The notes under the pieces: generated by a model | Database searches by the model: none | Seen by the model: only the letters and a program-made list of their open reading frames with translations | Told to the model about the DNA's origin: nothing | Made by a program: the position numbers and the translations under genes | Assembly (NCBI GenBank): GCA_963827655.1 | Contig: CAWHCF010000045.1 | Coordinates: 32,001 to 96,000 of the forward strand | DNA length: 64,000 bases | From: an uncultured Acidobacteriota bacterium | GTDB lineage: Bacteria; Acidobacteriota; UBA6911 | Reading direction: 5' to 3' | In this document: positions 41,368 through 51,726 of the stretch, piece by piece | Layout: every line of letters starts with the position of its first letter | How positions within the stretch are numbered: the stretch's first letter is position 1

Positions 41368-41818
41368 GACAGGGCATCATAACAAGATCGCCAAATCCAA
41401 GAAATGGCCCGCAATTAGCAATTCCCCATCGACACGCTCGACGTGCTACTCGCGCCAACGGACGAGGACGGGGACAATCGAGATTCGAGCCTGAAGGCAG
41501 AGGTGTGCCAAGATTTCTTGTCTCAGAGCATCCGGTTGACCTAAGATGGCAGTCGCCGGCGCGGCCCGGGAACTTCCAGGGGCGTCGAGTTGACGTAAGC
41601 CCCATTCTCCGAACTTGACTGACCGCGCCTTGAGCTGAAAATGACTCTTTGTTCCGCCTGTCCGCAGAGCCGGGAAGAAAGACGAAGCAGGACGAAAGAC
41701 ACCCGACGATCGTCGAACCAAAAAAATAAAATTGAGCTGATGACGTATATTTGGCGGCTACACATTTGGTGTCGGCGGCGCGCTGCGGCGTTTGGGGGCC
41801 CGTCCCCGGAGACCAAGA

Positions 41819-43366
41819 ATGGCACATCGGTTTAATGTGTTCCTCGCGAATCCGGCGCCCGCGGCCGAGCGTATCGGGTTTTCGTTTATAACGCCGCGCG
41901 CGTTGCCCGTCCTCGCGGCCGTCACCCAGGGCGACTATCTGGACCGTCTCCGGGTCGTGGATCAGGCGATCGATGATTTTCCGTTTGATGACGTCCGGCC
42001 AGGCGATTTAGTTGGTATCAGTATCCACACCTTCAATGCGATTCACGGATACGCGCTTGCGCGCGAAGCCAAAAAGCGAGGTGCCGCGGTCGTCTTTGGC
42101 GGTCCCCACGCCTCGATCTTCCCGGAAGAAGCATTAGGGAACGGCGATGCCGTCGTGACCGGCGACGGCGAGATCGCTTGGATCGACCTGCTCGCCGATT
42201 ACGCGGCGGGTCGAATGCAGCGAACATACAGCGGCGGACGAATCCCCGGCGAAAGCTTCGTGCCGGCGCGATGGGATCTGATGCCGCTGAATCGATATCT
42301 CGTCGCGTCGATTCAGACGGTACGCGGCTGCCCGAAGTCGTGCTCCTTCTGCTCCGTGTGGGTCCAGGACGGCCGGATTCCCCGCGTGCGTGCGACTGAC
42401 GCCATCCTTCAAGAAGTGCAGTATCTCTATCGCGCAGGCTTTCGCCTCGTGATGTTCGCGGACGACAACTTCTACCCGTACACCCTCGAAGACATCGGGC
42501 AGCGGCGGTCTCCCGAGCTGAGCCAGCGCGCCAAGACCGGCCGCGAAGAGCGGCTCCAGCTTCTCAATCGGCTCGCCCGCGAGGTGCCGCGCGACATGCA
42601 TTTTTGCACCCAAATCACGATGGAGGTGGCCGACGATCCGGAATTTCTCGCCGCGATGAAGCGCGCGCGCATTGTGGGGGCGCTGGTTGGTATCGAAACG
42701 ATCACGGAGGAGGGGCTCAAAGCGACCCGCAAGCTGTTCAATTCGAGCGGCGCAGCGCTTGAGGAGAAGCTCGAAACAATCCGGCAGAAAGGGTTCCCCT
42801 ACATCTTCGGCTCCTTCATCTTCGGCATTGAGTCAGACACCACCGAAACATTGGACCAGACCATCCGGTTCTCTCGGAACTGCGGCATCGCACTTGCTCA
42901 GTTCATTCCTATGACGCCCCTTCCCGGTACGGTCGACTTTCATCAGATGCGGAAAGGCAAGAACGCGCTCAAGCTGTTGAAGCCCGACTACGACTACTGG
43001 CTCGATCCAAATCACCCGCGCGTGCTATATCAGCATCCGCGCATGGCGGCCGATCAGATCCTGAACGGCATCGAGCGGGCCTGGAAAGAGTTCTACAGCT
43101 GGTCGTCGATTACCAGGCGCGCGAAGCGAATCGGCCTGGTGGCGCAGCCGAAGAAGTTTCTCGCCTACCTTGTCATCTGCCGCGGCCTGCTCACACGGTA
43201 CAAACGCTACGGGCTCTCGGCCGAAAGCGCCGTGCACGGCACCAACCGCAAGCTGGCGACGATACTGGGCAGGGTTGCGCTCGCGTTGATGAAGCGCAAA
43301 CCGGCGACTGCGTTCGCTAACGAGCAAGACGCGGTACGAGTGCTCGCATCCGGAGGAGGAGTGTAA
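41819..43366 (+). CDS. B12-binding domain radical SAM protein
   Basis: GGPHAS and GDGE in the B12 domain, RGCPKSCSFC, FADDNF, and TPLPGT. Confidence 0.93.
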   Translation: MAHRFNVFLANPAPAAERIGFSFITPRALPVLAAVTQGDYLDRLRVVDQAIDDFPFDDVRPGDLVGISIHTFNAIHGYALAREAKKRGAAVVFGGPHASIFPEEALGNGDAVVTGDGEIAWIDLLADYAAGRMQRTYSGGRIPGESFVPARWDLMPLNRYLVASIQTVRGCPKSCSFCSVWVQDGRIPRVRATDAILQEVQYLYRAGFRLVMFADDNFYPYTLEDIGQRRSPELSQRAKTGREERLQLLNRLAREVPRDMHFCTQITMEVADDPEFLAAMKRARIVGALVGIETITEEGLKATRKLFNSSGAALEEKLETIRQKGFPYIFGSFIFGIESDTTETLDQTIRFSRNCGIALAQFIPMTPLPGTVDFHQMRKGKNALKLLKPDYDYWLDPNHPRVLYQHPRMAADQILNGIERAWKEFYSWSSITRRAKRIGLVAQPKKFLAYLVICRGLLTRYKRYGLSAESAVHGTNRKLATILGRVALALMKRKPATAFANEQDAVRVLASGGGV

Positions 43367-43557
43367 TGATGCCCGCTACGGTGGATCTACCCGCCAGCAG
43401 TCAGTCGACGACCGTGCAGCAGCCCGTCAGGCTGCGCACGATCATGTCGACGTGGGGACAGCTGCTGAACGGCTACAGTCCGCTGCTGTCGATTGAAATC
43501 ACCCGGGAGTGTCCGTCGCATTGCTGCTACGCGTACGACGACAGGAGGTTGTCATGA
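43366..43557 (+). pseudogene. Radical SAM N-terminal remnant
   Basis: PLLSIEITRECPSHCCYAY is a collapsed CxxxCxxC motif; the ORF ends a few codons later. Confidence 0.7.
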
Positions 43558-43976
43558 CCGACGGCAAGACCTATGTCGAGATCTCCAAGTTCTCGGTCAA
43601 GGAGATCTTCGACGACAAGCACAAGAGCCGTGTCATCGACCTGATGACCACTGCCGCCGAGGCAGCGGTGAAGAAGTCGGGCAAGCTATCGCTCGACAAA
43701 CCGAAAGACAAGGGTGCCAAGGGCTGGAACGTGGTCGGCAGCCTGGTCAGCCTGGGCCCGTCGAAGGACTGCAAGAAGTTCGGCGCCAAGGTGTCGCTCG
43801 CGGTAGCCACCTGGCCCGGCCAGTCGATCAAGGCAATGCCCAGCGGCGAAGCCGCGTTCGCCTCGGAACCGGGCGGCAAGATCTCGGCCAGCGATGTCGA
43901 TGAGGTCGCCAAGAGCGCCGTCGCCCAGGCGATGCAGAGTGCGGTGAAGTTCATGGAGAGCAAGAAGCCCGAATAG
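43554..43976 (+). CDS. Hypothetical protein (Lys-rich)
   Basis: AGGAGG RBS, strongly GC3-biased codons, and an ATGA overlap with the remnant's stop. Confidence 0.75.
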   Translation: MTDGKTYVEISKFSVKEIFDDKHKSRVIDLMTTAAEAAVKKSGKLSLDKPKDKGAKGWNVVGSLVSLGPSKDCKKFGAKVSLAVATWPGQSIKAMPSGEAAFASEPGGKISASDVDEVAKSAVAQAMQSAVKFMESKKPE

Positions 43977-44166
43977 CCGGGCGACGCGCTCACCCGCTCC
44001 GGCATGGCTTGATCGTTCAGACATACGGACATTTTCCAGCAGCAATACCATCCGGCCCGCGCTTGCTTACGGTGGAATTTATGGAACGTGTCCATCACTG
44101 CGTCCAAACGCGGAAGTTGGGGACCTCCGGGTCACGGACGAGAAGACGCCGGGCGCGTACTTGACG

Positions 44167-45057
44167 TCAGTTGAGCGATTGGCTCCGCTTCTTCAGAATT
44201 GCGTCGACAAAGTCGAACACGGCTTTCGTCGGTTTGTCCTCGGGAAGCCCCAGATCCGAGTCGAGCGTGTTGTGGGTCTTCCCTTCGGCCGCAACTACCT
44301 GCACCGGCACGCCCGCAACCTGAAGGGCGTTCGCGAGGACCAGAGCCTGGATGGCCGTTCCGCTCTCCGGATGGCCGCCGATGTGCAGGATCAGGAACGG
44401 CGGAATGCCTTTGTCTTTCGCGACGTAGAGCACGGATGACAGCTCGCGATCGCTCCCTTCGGGGAACTTCGTGCGATAGCTGGACGGACGCTTCGCGCCG
44501 GGACGAGCGTCGACCGTATCGATCTGCAATGCCGGATAGAACGTATCGGCGTCGACCGGGACACAGCCTTTGATGTTGGCCAGGGAGAGGCCCTCGGCCT
44601 TGACGTACCGATCGTCGGTGCAAATCAGGGCGGCCAGCTGCGCGCCGGCAGACCACCCCATCACAAAGATCGTCTCCGGATCACCGCCGTACTGCCTGGC
44701 ATGATCGTGAACCCAGCGGATTGACCTGGCAACGTCTCCCGCAATCTGCTGCATGGTGACGTGAGGAATGAAACGGTAGTTGGTCGTCGCGAAGACGAAG
44801 CCCTTCTCCACGAATGCCTGCGGTTTCGTGTTCATTTCGCTCTTGTCGCCTCTTTGCCAGCCACCGCCGTGGATCCAGAAGATCACCGGCCGATTCTTTC
44901 CCTCCGCAGGCGCGTACACGTCGAGCGTCTGGCGCGCGTTCTTTGGTTCGGCATAGGCGATATCGCGATGGACCTGCTGGCCGGCGACGCGCCCGGCCTG
45001 GGAATGGTTTGCCAGGGCGGTTACGCCGAGAACCAGGAGCATGACGGCTGTTTTCAT
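44167..45057 (-). CDS. Secreted alpha/beta hydrolase (HSL/BD-FAE-like esterase)
   Basis: LDVYAP, IHGGGW, GWSAGA and KTH motifs. Confidence 0.92.
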   Translation of the reverse strand: MKTAVMLLVLGVTALANHSQAGRVAGQQVHRDIAYAEPKNARQTLDVYAPAEGKNRPVIFWIHGGGWQRGDKSEMNTKPQAFVEKGFVFATTNYRFIPHVTMQQIAGDVARSIRWVHDHARQYGGDPETIFVMGWSAGAQLAALICTDDRYVKAEGLSLANIKGCVPVDADTFYPALQIDTVDARPGAKRPSSYRTKFPEGSDRELSSVLYVAKDKGIPPFLILHIGGHPESGTAIQALVLANALQVAGVPVQVVAAEGKTHNTLDSDLGLPEDKPTKAVFDFVDAILKKRSQSLN

Positions 45058-45535
45058 CGTGTTGACTCCCTAAAGTGTCGGTTGACGGCGGCCTTGGTCA
45101 GAACCACAACTGCAGCGAAACCCGCACAAGCCGTTCGGTAAAGCATGGATTCATGCCGGCCGTTCGTGATTCTCTTGGTTGATTGCCTCCTTCGGCGTGT
45201 CGGTCATGGTTGTTCGTGTCGATTTCTCGCTTTCGAGGCGCATAGTAAGACTCTGCGCGTACAGCCTCCCTCGGGATTTATGTCAGCTTCGAGCTGTGGA
45301 CTTTTCCCCTCTGCCGAACTTCAACTCGCCGGCCCCGGGATTGTAATCCCAAGCGACGTTGCAGGCGACCGGATTTTCACACACTTCCGACGAAGGGTAA
45401 GACGATGGGATGTAGAAGCCACCAGCCTGGATTCGCAAGGCCGCAAGTTCGACGACGCCTTTTGCGCAAGGGGATCTTTACGGGCCGGTGCACGAGTTGC
45501 GGCCGGAGGCTTCCGCGCCGGTAGTTGCCGCTGAA

Positions 45536-48155
45536 TCAGTCCTGCCGCAGCGCCGACATGGGGTCGACGCTTGCCGCACGCCATGCAGGCACCAGACAGG
45601 CGGCCAGCGCGACCGACAAAAATAGGACGCTCACGCCTGCCAGGGTCGGCACGTCGACCGGTCTGGTCGCGAACAACATCGACTGAATGAAACGCGAGAG
45701 GCCGACGGCGCCGGCGAGCCCCGCCACGATTCCTACGAGCACCGGAATCGAGCCGCCGCCGATCACCAGGCGGATCAGGTCGCCGCGCGAGGCGCCCATG
45801 GCGGCGCGGATCCCCATTTCCTGTGTGCGGCGCGCGGTCACGAAGGAAAGCACGCCGTAGATGCCGGCGCACGCGAGGAACATTGCAAGCAGCGCGAAGC
45901 CGCCGAGCAGCGAAGTGGTCAGCCGGCGCCCCATCATCGAATCCGTTCTCAGTTGCTCGACGGTCTGCGGGCGGTCGAGCACCTGGTCCTTGTTCACCTT
46001 CCAGACGGCCTGCTGCACGGATTTAATCAATGCGCCGCCTTCTCCGGCGCCCTTGGCGACGAGTCCCAGGCCGACGACGGGATTCTGCGCGAAGCTGGCG
46101 TAGGTGCCGATGTCGGTGGGACTCTCGAGCCCTCTGCCTTTTTCGTCGGCCACGATTCCCACGATCTCCCATGCGATCTGCGGGCCCAGCCCGCGGCGGG
46201 TGGGCAGAATCTTCTCCACCAGGACGCGCTTGCCGATGGCGCTTTCATTCGGCGAGTACCGCTTCACAAAGGATTCATTCACAACTACGACCGGAGGCGA
46301 ACCCGCGGTGTCGCGCTCATCGAGAAAGCGTCCCGCCACCAGCCGCAGGCCGAGCGCTTTGAAATAGCCGGGCGACACGATTTTGAATCCGGTGTTGACT
46401 GGCTCGTCGGGCCTTTCGGCCATGCGGAACGGCATGCCGTCACCCCAGCCGCGCAGCGGAAGTCCGGTGGTGACGGCGGCGTCGCGCATTCCGGGCACGG
46501 AGCGCACTTCTTCGATGAGGCGATCGATATAGTGCTTGAGCTTGGCTTCGTCGGGGTTACGTTCCATGGCCAACGGCAGGTACGCCGCTACCAGGCCTTC
46601 GGTCTCGTAGCCGATCTCCACACTCATCAGGCGCTGAAAGCTGCGCAGCAGCAATCCCCCTCCGACGAGCAGAATGAACGCCGCGGCCACCTGCACGGCG
46701 ACGAACATGTGCCGCACGTAGAGCTTGCCTCCGCCGGAGCTGCCGCGTCCGCCTTCCTTGAGTGATTCGGAGGCATGGCGGCGCGAGGCTTGAATTGCCG
46801 GCGCAAGGCCGAACGCGATACTGGTCAGGATGGTGACCGCTGCGAGGAAGAGAAGCACGCGCCCGTCCATCACGACGTTGGCTTCTGCCGGGAAGGAGAA
46901 CGGCGGCAACAAGCCGAGAATCAGGTCCAACAGTCCATAGCCGAGTCCGATCCCCACGGCGGCGCCGCCGATCGATAGAAGGAGGCTCTCGGCCATCAGC
47001 ATCCGGATCACCCGTCCCCGGCTGGCCCCTACTGCCATGCGCAGCGCGATTTCGCGCGAACGGAGGGTCGCGCGCGCCATGAAGAGGTTGGCGAGATTGG
47101 CGCAGCCGATCAGCAGCACCGCTGCGACGGACCACATCAGCACGTTCAAGGAAAGGCGCATATCAGGACCGACTATGCGGTCGATGTAGCGGTCGACGGT
47201 GGCGCCCCAGCCCTTCTTGACGGCCGGGTACCGCTCGGCGATGCCGGCCGCGATGGCGCTCATTTCAGCCTGCGCCTGCTCGAGCGACACGCCGGGTTTC
47301 ATGCGCGCGACGGCGCCAAAGCTGTGATAGTCGCGGGCCGGATTGGCGGGAAATACCAGCGGAACCCAGAGGTCGTTGGGCCTGCGGTCGAATTCGCTGC
47401 CGCGCGGTAGCACGCCTATCACGCTGTAGGGCTCGCCGTTCAGTTGAATGGCGCGGCCTATGAGGCCGGGATCGCCTCCGAAGAGGTTCGTCCAGGTGCG
47501 GTGGCTGATGACAGCTACTTTGTCTTTGCCCGGCTGGTCCTCATCCGCGGCGAAAGTCCGGCCCATTGCGGCTTTGATGCCGAAGACCTCGAAGTAGGGC
47601 GCGGAAACCACGCCGGCGCGGAGCGACTTCGGCTCGCCGCCGCCGGTGTAGCTCAGGCCGGCGCCGGTCTGTGCCGCCATCGATTCGAAAGAGCGGCTCT
47701 GCTTCGCCCAGTCCAGGTAGTTGGCGGGCGCGATGCTGTTGCGCAGTCCCCGCGGCGGCTTCTCCCACAACATGACGATGCGCTCCGGCTCGGGGTAGCC
47801 ATTGGGCTTGAGCAGCACCCCATCCACCAGGCTGAAGATGGCCGCGTTGGCGCCGAGCGCAAGAGCGATGGTCATCACGGTAAAGAGGGTAAATCCAGGG
47901 CTCCGGGTCAGAATCCTCGCGGCATACCGGACGTCCTTCAGAGTTGTTTCGAAAAACGATCCCACGTGTGCCTCCCGTATCCTTGACTTGACCTGCGCCG
48001 GGCTTTCGAACTTTTTCCAGACCTCGCGCCGCGCCTGTTCACGCGAGAGGCCGCGCGCCCGCGCCCGCTCGATCAGGATCTCGTAGTAGGCCTCAACCTC
48101 GTCATCCAGTTCCGATTCCGGGCGGGCGACGGCGCCACAATCGGCCCCAGCGCAT
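45536..48155 (-). CDS. ADOP-type duplicated MacB/FtsX ABC permease (frameshift near 48124-48128)
   Basis: MRWGRLWRRR joins RPESELDDEV after a one-base shift; LALGANAAIFS, IGCANLANL, RR.QEMGIR.A.GA and DPM.ALR motifs. Confidence 0.92.
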
Positions 48156-48156
48156 G

Positions 48157-48489
48157 CTACGTTTCCTCCGCGAGCACCTGGCTCATGGCGGTGTGGACTC
48201 GTTGCCAGTTTTTCTTCTCCCTGGCGAGCTGGGCGAGGCCGGAGGGGGTGAGCGCGTAGACTTTGACGCGGCGTCCGCTCTCGGTTTCGCTCCACTGTCC
48301 GGAAATCCACCCTTTTTCAGCGAGGCGATGCAGGGCAGGGAAGAGCGATCCGGGTCCGACCACGAATACGCCGTGAGTCACCTGCTCGATGCGGTCCGCA
48401 ATGCCGACGCCATGGAGCGGGCGAAGTTCCAAGGTGCGAAGAATAAGGAGATCGAGGGTTCCCTGCAAGAGTTCCGCCGGCTTGGCCAT
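48157..48489 (-). CDS. PadR family transcriptional regulator (acidobacterial type)
   Basis: LLQGTLDLLILRTL...LHG, GSLFPALHRL and Y.LT..G motifs. Confidence 0.95.
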   Translation of the reverse strand: MAKPAELLQGTLDLLILRTLELRPLHGVGIADRIEQVTHGVFVVGPGSLFPALHRLAEKGWISGQWSETESGRRVKVYALTPSGLAQLAREKKNWQRVHTAMSQVLAEET

Positions 48490-48494
48490 GCGAA

Positions 48495-48524
48495 AATATA
48501 TCGACGGTCGATATCGATTGTCAA
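48495..48524 (-). promoter_or_regulatory. padR promoter with an internal palindromic operator
   Basis: Minus strand TTGACA-18 bp-TATATT, 5 bp before the ATG; perfect inverted repeat ATATCGAC-G-GTCGATAT at 48498-48514. Confidence 0.7.
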
Positions 48525-48728
48525 GAACGGCAGCGGAAACGCTTGAGACGCGCACTCGTAAGTCTCCGCCCAACTTCTTAAGTACTATTTCTGCTAGCTC
48601 TTCGTTCTCGTCGCCCCCGCTCGCCGCTCAGGCAAAAGAACACCGTGTGTTTTTGACGCAAGGAGACGTGAGTGAACCAGCAACAGCAGGCTGCTGAAGC
48701 ACCAAAATGAGGTGTAACGAACCGGATT

Positions 48729-48929
48729 ATGAAAACACAAATAGGTTATGGGCCACACGAAGTCACTGAGGGTATGTTCGATAGCTTGCTTTCTCGCACT
48801 CGGCAGTACCTATCGTTGCCTGGCAGACGCAAAGATTCAGGCGTCGTGCTGGTGTCACCTGATCAAGCACCTTACTTCGTGTGGCAAGAGCAACCCAATG
48901 GGAAGCTAAAGAGAGTGGCAGTGCAGTAG
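48729..48929 (+). CDS. Short AT-richer hypothetical ORF or gene remnant
   Basis: 66-aa ORF with no recognised motif; composition differs from the flanks. Confidence 0.3.
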   Translation: MKTQIGYGPHEVTEGMFDSLLSRTRQYLSLPGRRKDSGVVLVSPDQAPYFVWQEQPNGKLKRVAVQ

Positions 48930-48966
48930 TGGGAAGGGACCTGTCGAGAGTTCTTGTAGATTCTTT

Positions 48967-51681
48967 ATGCGTTTAATGCCAGACGGACCGCAGGAAAGCA
49001 GCCCAGACTACGACGGCCTCGTCATGAGGCTCGTGGATGAGGCACTCTCGCGTCCCCCGGAAGAACGCGAGCGTTACCTGCGAGGCTCCTGCCCGGATCC
49101 CAAAGTCTTCAACGAAGCGTGGAACTATGTCCAGTGGGACGAGCGGATGAAGGATTTCCTGGTGGACCCTCTCCTCCCTTCGGTCCATGACCAAACGCCC
49201 GCCGAGCCCCGGGACCCGCTGGACGATTCTGCTCTCCCGCTGTTTCCTCCCGGCGCCCCGCTAGGAGTGTATCGGATTGAGGTTTTGTTGGGAACCGGGG
49301 GCTCGGCCCAGGTGTATCGAGCTTTCGACCCGCGTCTTGGCCGGCAAGTCGCCCTCAAGGTGTTTGCAGCAGGTACGGTAACCAAGCGCTTCCAGGACCG
49401 GTTCATTCAGGAGGCAAGAGCCGCCGCGGGCCTGAGCCATCCCAACATTGCTGTCATCTACGAGGTCGGGCAAGCTGCGGGAACCTGCTTTATCGCCCTG
49501 GAGTACATCGAAGGCGAGACGCTGCGCAGCAAAATGAAGGCTGCGAAAACCCCGTTGGCGGAGTTGCTGGGATATCTACGGCAGACCGCGGCCGCTCTGG
49601 CGAAGGCGCATGCCAAAGGCATCGTTCATTGCGACCTCAAGCCTGACAACATCATGGTCACGCGGGAAGGCTTCGTGAAGGTTCTGGACTTTGGACTGGC
49701 GAAGCTCATCGAGCAATATAAGGATGCGGGTCCCCACGGTGAACAGCCGTCGACTACGTCGGGGCAGACCACTGCTCCCCTACAGCATACCGGCAGGGTC
49801 GAGGGGACGCTCGGGTACATGTCGCCCGAACAGGCCGAAGGAAAGACGGACCTCGACGAACGCTCCGACCTCTTTTCGTTCGGATGCATCCTTTTTGAAG
49901 CCGCCACGGGCCGTCAGCCGTTCCGGGGCAGCCCGGGCGAGTCGGTCGTCCGGACCATGCACAGACTTCTGTATGAGCCTGCTCCGTCCCTGAGCGAGCT
50001 ATGCCCGGACGCCGCTCCCAGTTTGCAGCGCATCGTGGATCGTTGCCTCAAGAAAGATCCCGCTCTGCGCTGCCCGAGCATGAAGGAAGTCGACCAAGAC
50101 CTGGAAAGACTCCTGCAAGAGATGCAGAACGGCCAGGCTGTCATCCCGGCATCCGGATCCCAGTCCAGTGTGGTCGCCGACTTCCCCGGTGACTTGGGGC
50201 GACATTTGCGCCCGCCCAGGCGCCGCAAGTGGGCCGTTCCGGCGGTGGTCGCAGCGTTTGCGATCCTGACAGGCTCCATTGTCCATAATCCCTTGCCCCC
50301 GGCGAGACCGCTTTCCTCTCTAGCGGTGATTCCGTTTGTGAACGCCCAGAACACACCCGGAGGAGATTACCTGTCGGACGGCATCAGTGAGGCGCTGATC
50401 AACGCCCTGGCTCACCTCCCCGATCTGAAGGTGATCGCCCGCAGTTCCAGCTTCAAGTTCAAGGGTGAGAGAATCGATCTCCGACAGGCGGCGCGGCTGT
50501 TGGGCGTGCAGGTGCTCGTTACCGGCCGTGTCGCTGAAGCGGGCGGGCAGTTCCGGATCACCGCCGAGCTGGTGGATGGTTCCGATGGAACGCAAATCTG
50601 GGGCGCCCACTATAGTCCGACGCACTCGGAGTTGCCAGGCATGGGAGCGACCATCTCCCGCGAGATCGCCGGGCGGATCCGCTCCAAACCGACCCAAACT
50701 GAGCAGGCGACGCTGACTAAGGTAGCCAAGGTCAAACCCGAAGCCTACGAATTGCTGTTGCGGGGCCGCTACCATATGCGGCTACATACTCCGGAAACCA
50801 GCGTGAAGGCGATGAGCTACTACCAGCAGGCCCTCGCCGTCGATCCTGGATTTGCGCTGGCTCATGCGGAGCTCGCCCACGTGTACCGGTTGCTGGGCGG
50901 CTCCGCGATTCTGAGCTCCCGGGACATGATGCCCAAAGCGGAGGCGGAGGTGCACCGGGCGCTGTCGGCAGATCCGAATCTGGCCGAAGCGCACGCCGCC
51001 CTGGGTGACATTAAAAAGGATCGGTGGGACTGGGGTGGCGCCGAGGCCGAGTACCGTCGCGCGATCGAACTCAGCCCGAACCTTCCCGCCGCGCGCAAGG
51101 GATTGGCGATCAACCTGAGCATTACGGGCCGCCACGACCAGGCGATCTCCGAGATTCAGAGAGCGCGGGAATTGGACCCTCTCGGCGTGCCGACGGCGGT
51201 GGACTCGGCCGCCGTTTTTTACAACGCGCGGCGCCACGCCGAGGCTCTTGACGTCCTGAAACGCGCGCTCGACTTCGATCCTTCGGCGCCGGCCATCTGG
51301 ACCTGGATCGGGCTCGTGAACGGGGGCACGGGCCAATTTGTCCGGGCGACGGACGCGTTCGAGAAAGCCATGGCGCTCGGTGACGGCAGCACCGCGACAC
51401 AATGCTATTACGCCCACTCTCTGGCGCGATCCGGGCGACGGCAGGAAGCCCTCCAGATTCTGCAGCGATTGCGCCAACCCGGCCAGTTCGTATCTCGGGC
51501 GGCTTTGGCCGCTGCCTATCTCGGGCTGGACGAGCGAGAACGAGCCCTCCAGGAACTGGAGGCGGCTTACGCCGCCCGTGACCCTTTGATGCAGTACCTT
51601 AAGATCGAGTCCCACTTCGATACTTTGAGCAGCGAGCCGCGATTTCAAGCGATCTGCGCAAAGGTCGGATTGCCCCGCTAG
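48967..51681 (+). CDS. Ser/Thr protein kinase with TolB-N-like and TPR domains
   Basis: GTGGSAQVY, VALK, HCDLKPDN, DFG and YMSPEQ; then SLAVIPF.N...YLSDG..E.LIN and TPR repeats. Confidence 0.95.
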   Translation: MRLMPDGPQESSPDYDGLVMRLVDEALSRPPEERERYLRGSCPDPKVFNEAWNYVQWDERMKDFLVDPLLPSVHDQTPAEPRDPLDDSALPLFPPGAPLGVYRIEVLLGTGGSAQVYRAFDPRLGRQVALKVFAAGTVTKRFQDRFIQEARAAAGLSHPNIAVIYEVGQAAGTCFIALEYIEGETLRSKMKAAKTPLAELLGYLRQTAAALAKAHAKGIVHCDLKPDNIMVTREGFVKVLDFGLAKLIEQYKDAGPHGEQPSTTSGQTTAPLQHTGRVEGTLGYMSPEQAEGKTDLDERSDLFSFGCILFEAATGRQPFRGSPGESVVRTMHRLLYEPAPSLSELCPDAAPSLQRIVDRCLKKDPALRCPSMKEVDQDLERLLQEMQNGQAVIPASGSQSSVVADFPGDLGRHLRPPRRRKWAVPAVVAAFAILTGSIVHNPLPPARPLSSLAVIPFVNAQNTPGGDYLSDGISEALINALAHLPDLKVIARSSSFKFKGERIDLRQAARLLGVQVLVTGRVAEAGGQFRITAELVDGSDGTQIWGAHYSPTHSELPGMGATISREIAGRIRSKPTQTEQATLTKVAKVKPEAYELLLRGRYHMRLHTPETSVKAMSYYQQALAVDPGFALAHAELAHVYRLLGGSAILSSRDMMPKAEAEVHRALSADPNLAEAHAALGDIKKDRWDWGGAEAEYRRAIELSPNLPAARKGLAINLSITGRHDQAISEIQRARELDPLGVPTAVDSAAVFYNARRHAEALDVLKRALDFDPSAPAIWTWIGLVNGGTGQFVRATDAFEKAMALGDGSTATQCYYAHSLARSGRRQEALQILQRLRQPGQFVSRAALAAAYLGLDERERALQELEAAYAARDPLMQYLKIESHFDTLSSEPRFQAICAKVGLPR

Positions 51682-51726
51682 GCCCGCAAGCGGCCGGCGG
51701 GCCCGCGAAAGGAGAAACGCACACAC

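Noticed and set aside
41540-41760. Cobalamin riboswitch upstream of the B12 radical SAM gene
   Set aside because: Only isolated GGGAA words; the conserved B12-box and stems were not found.
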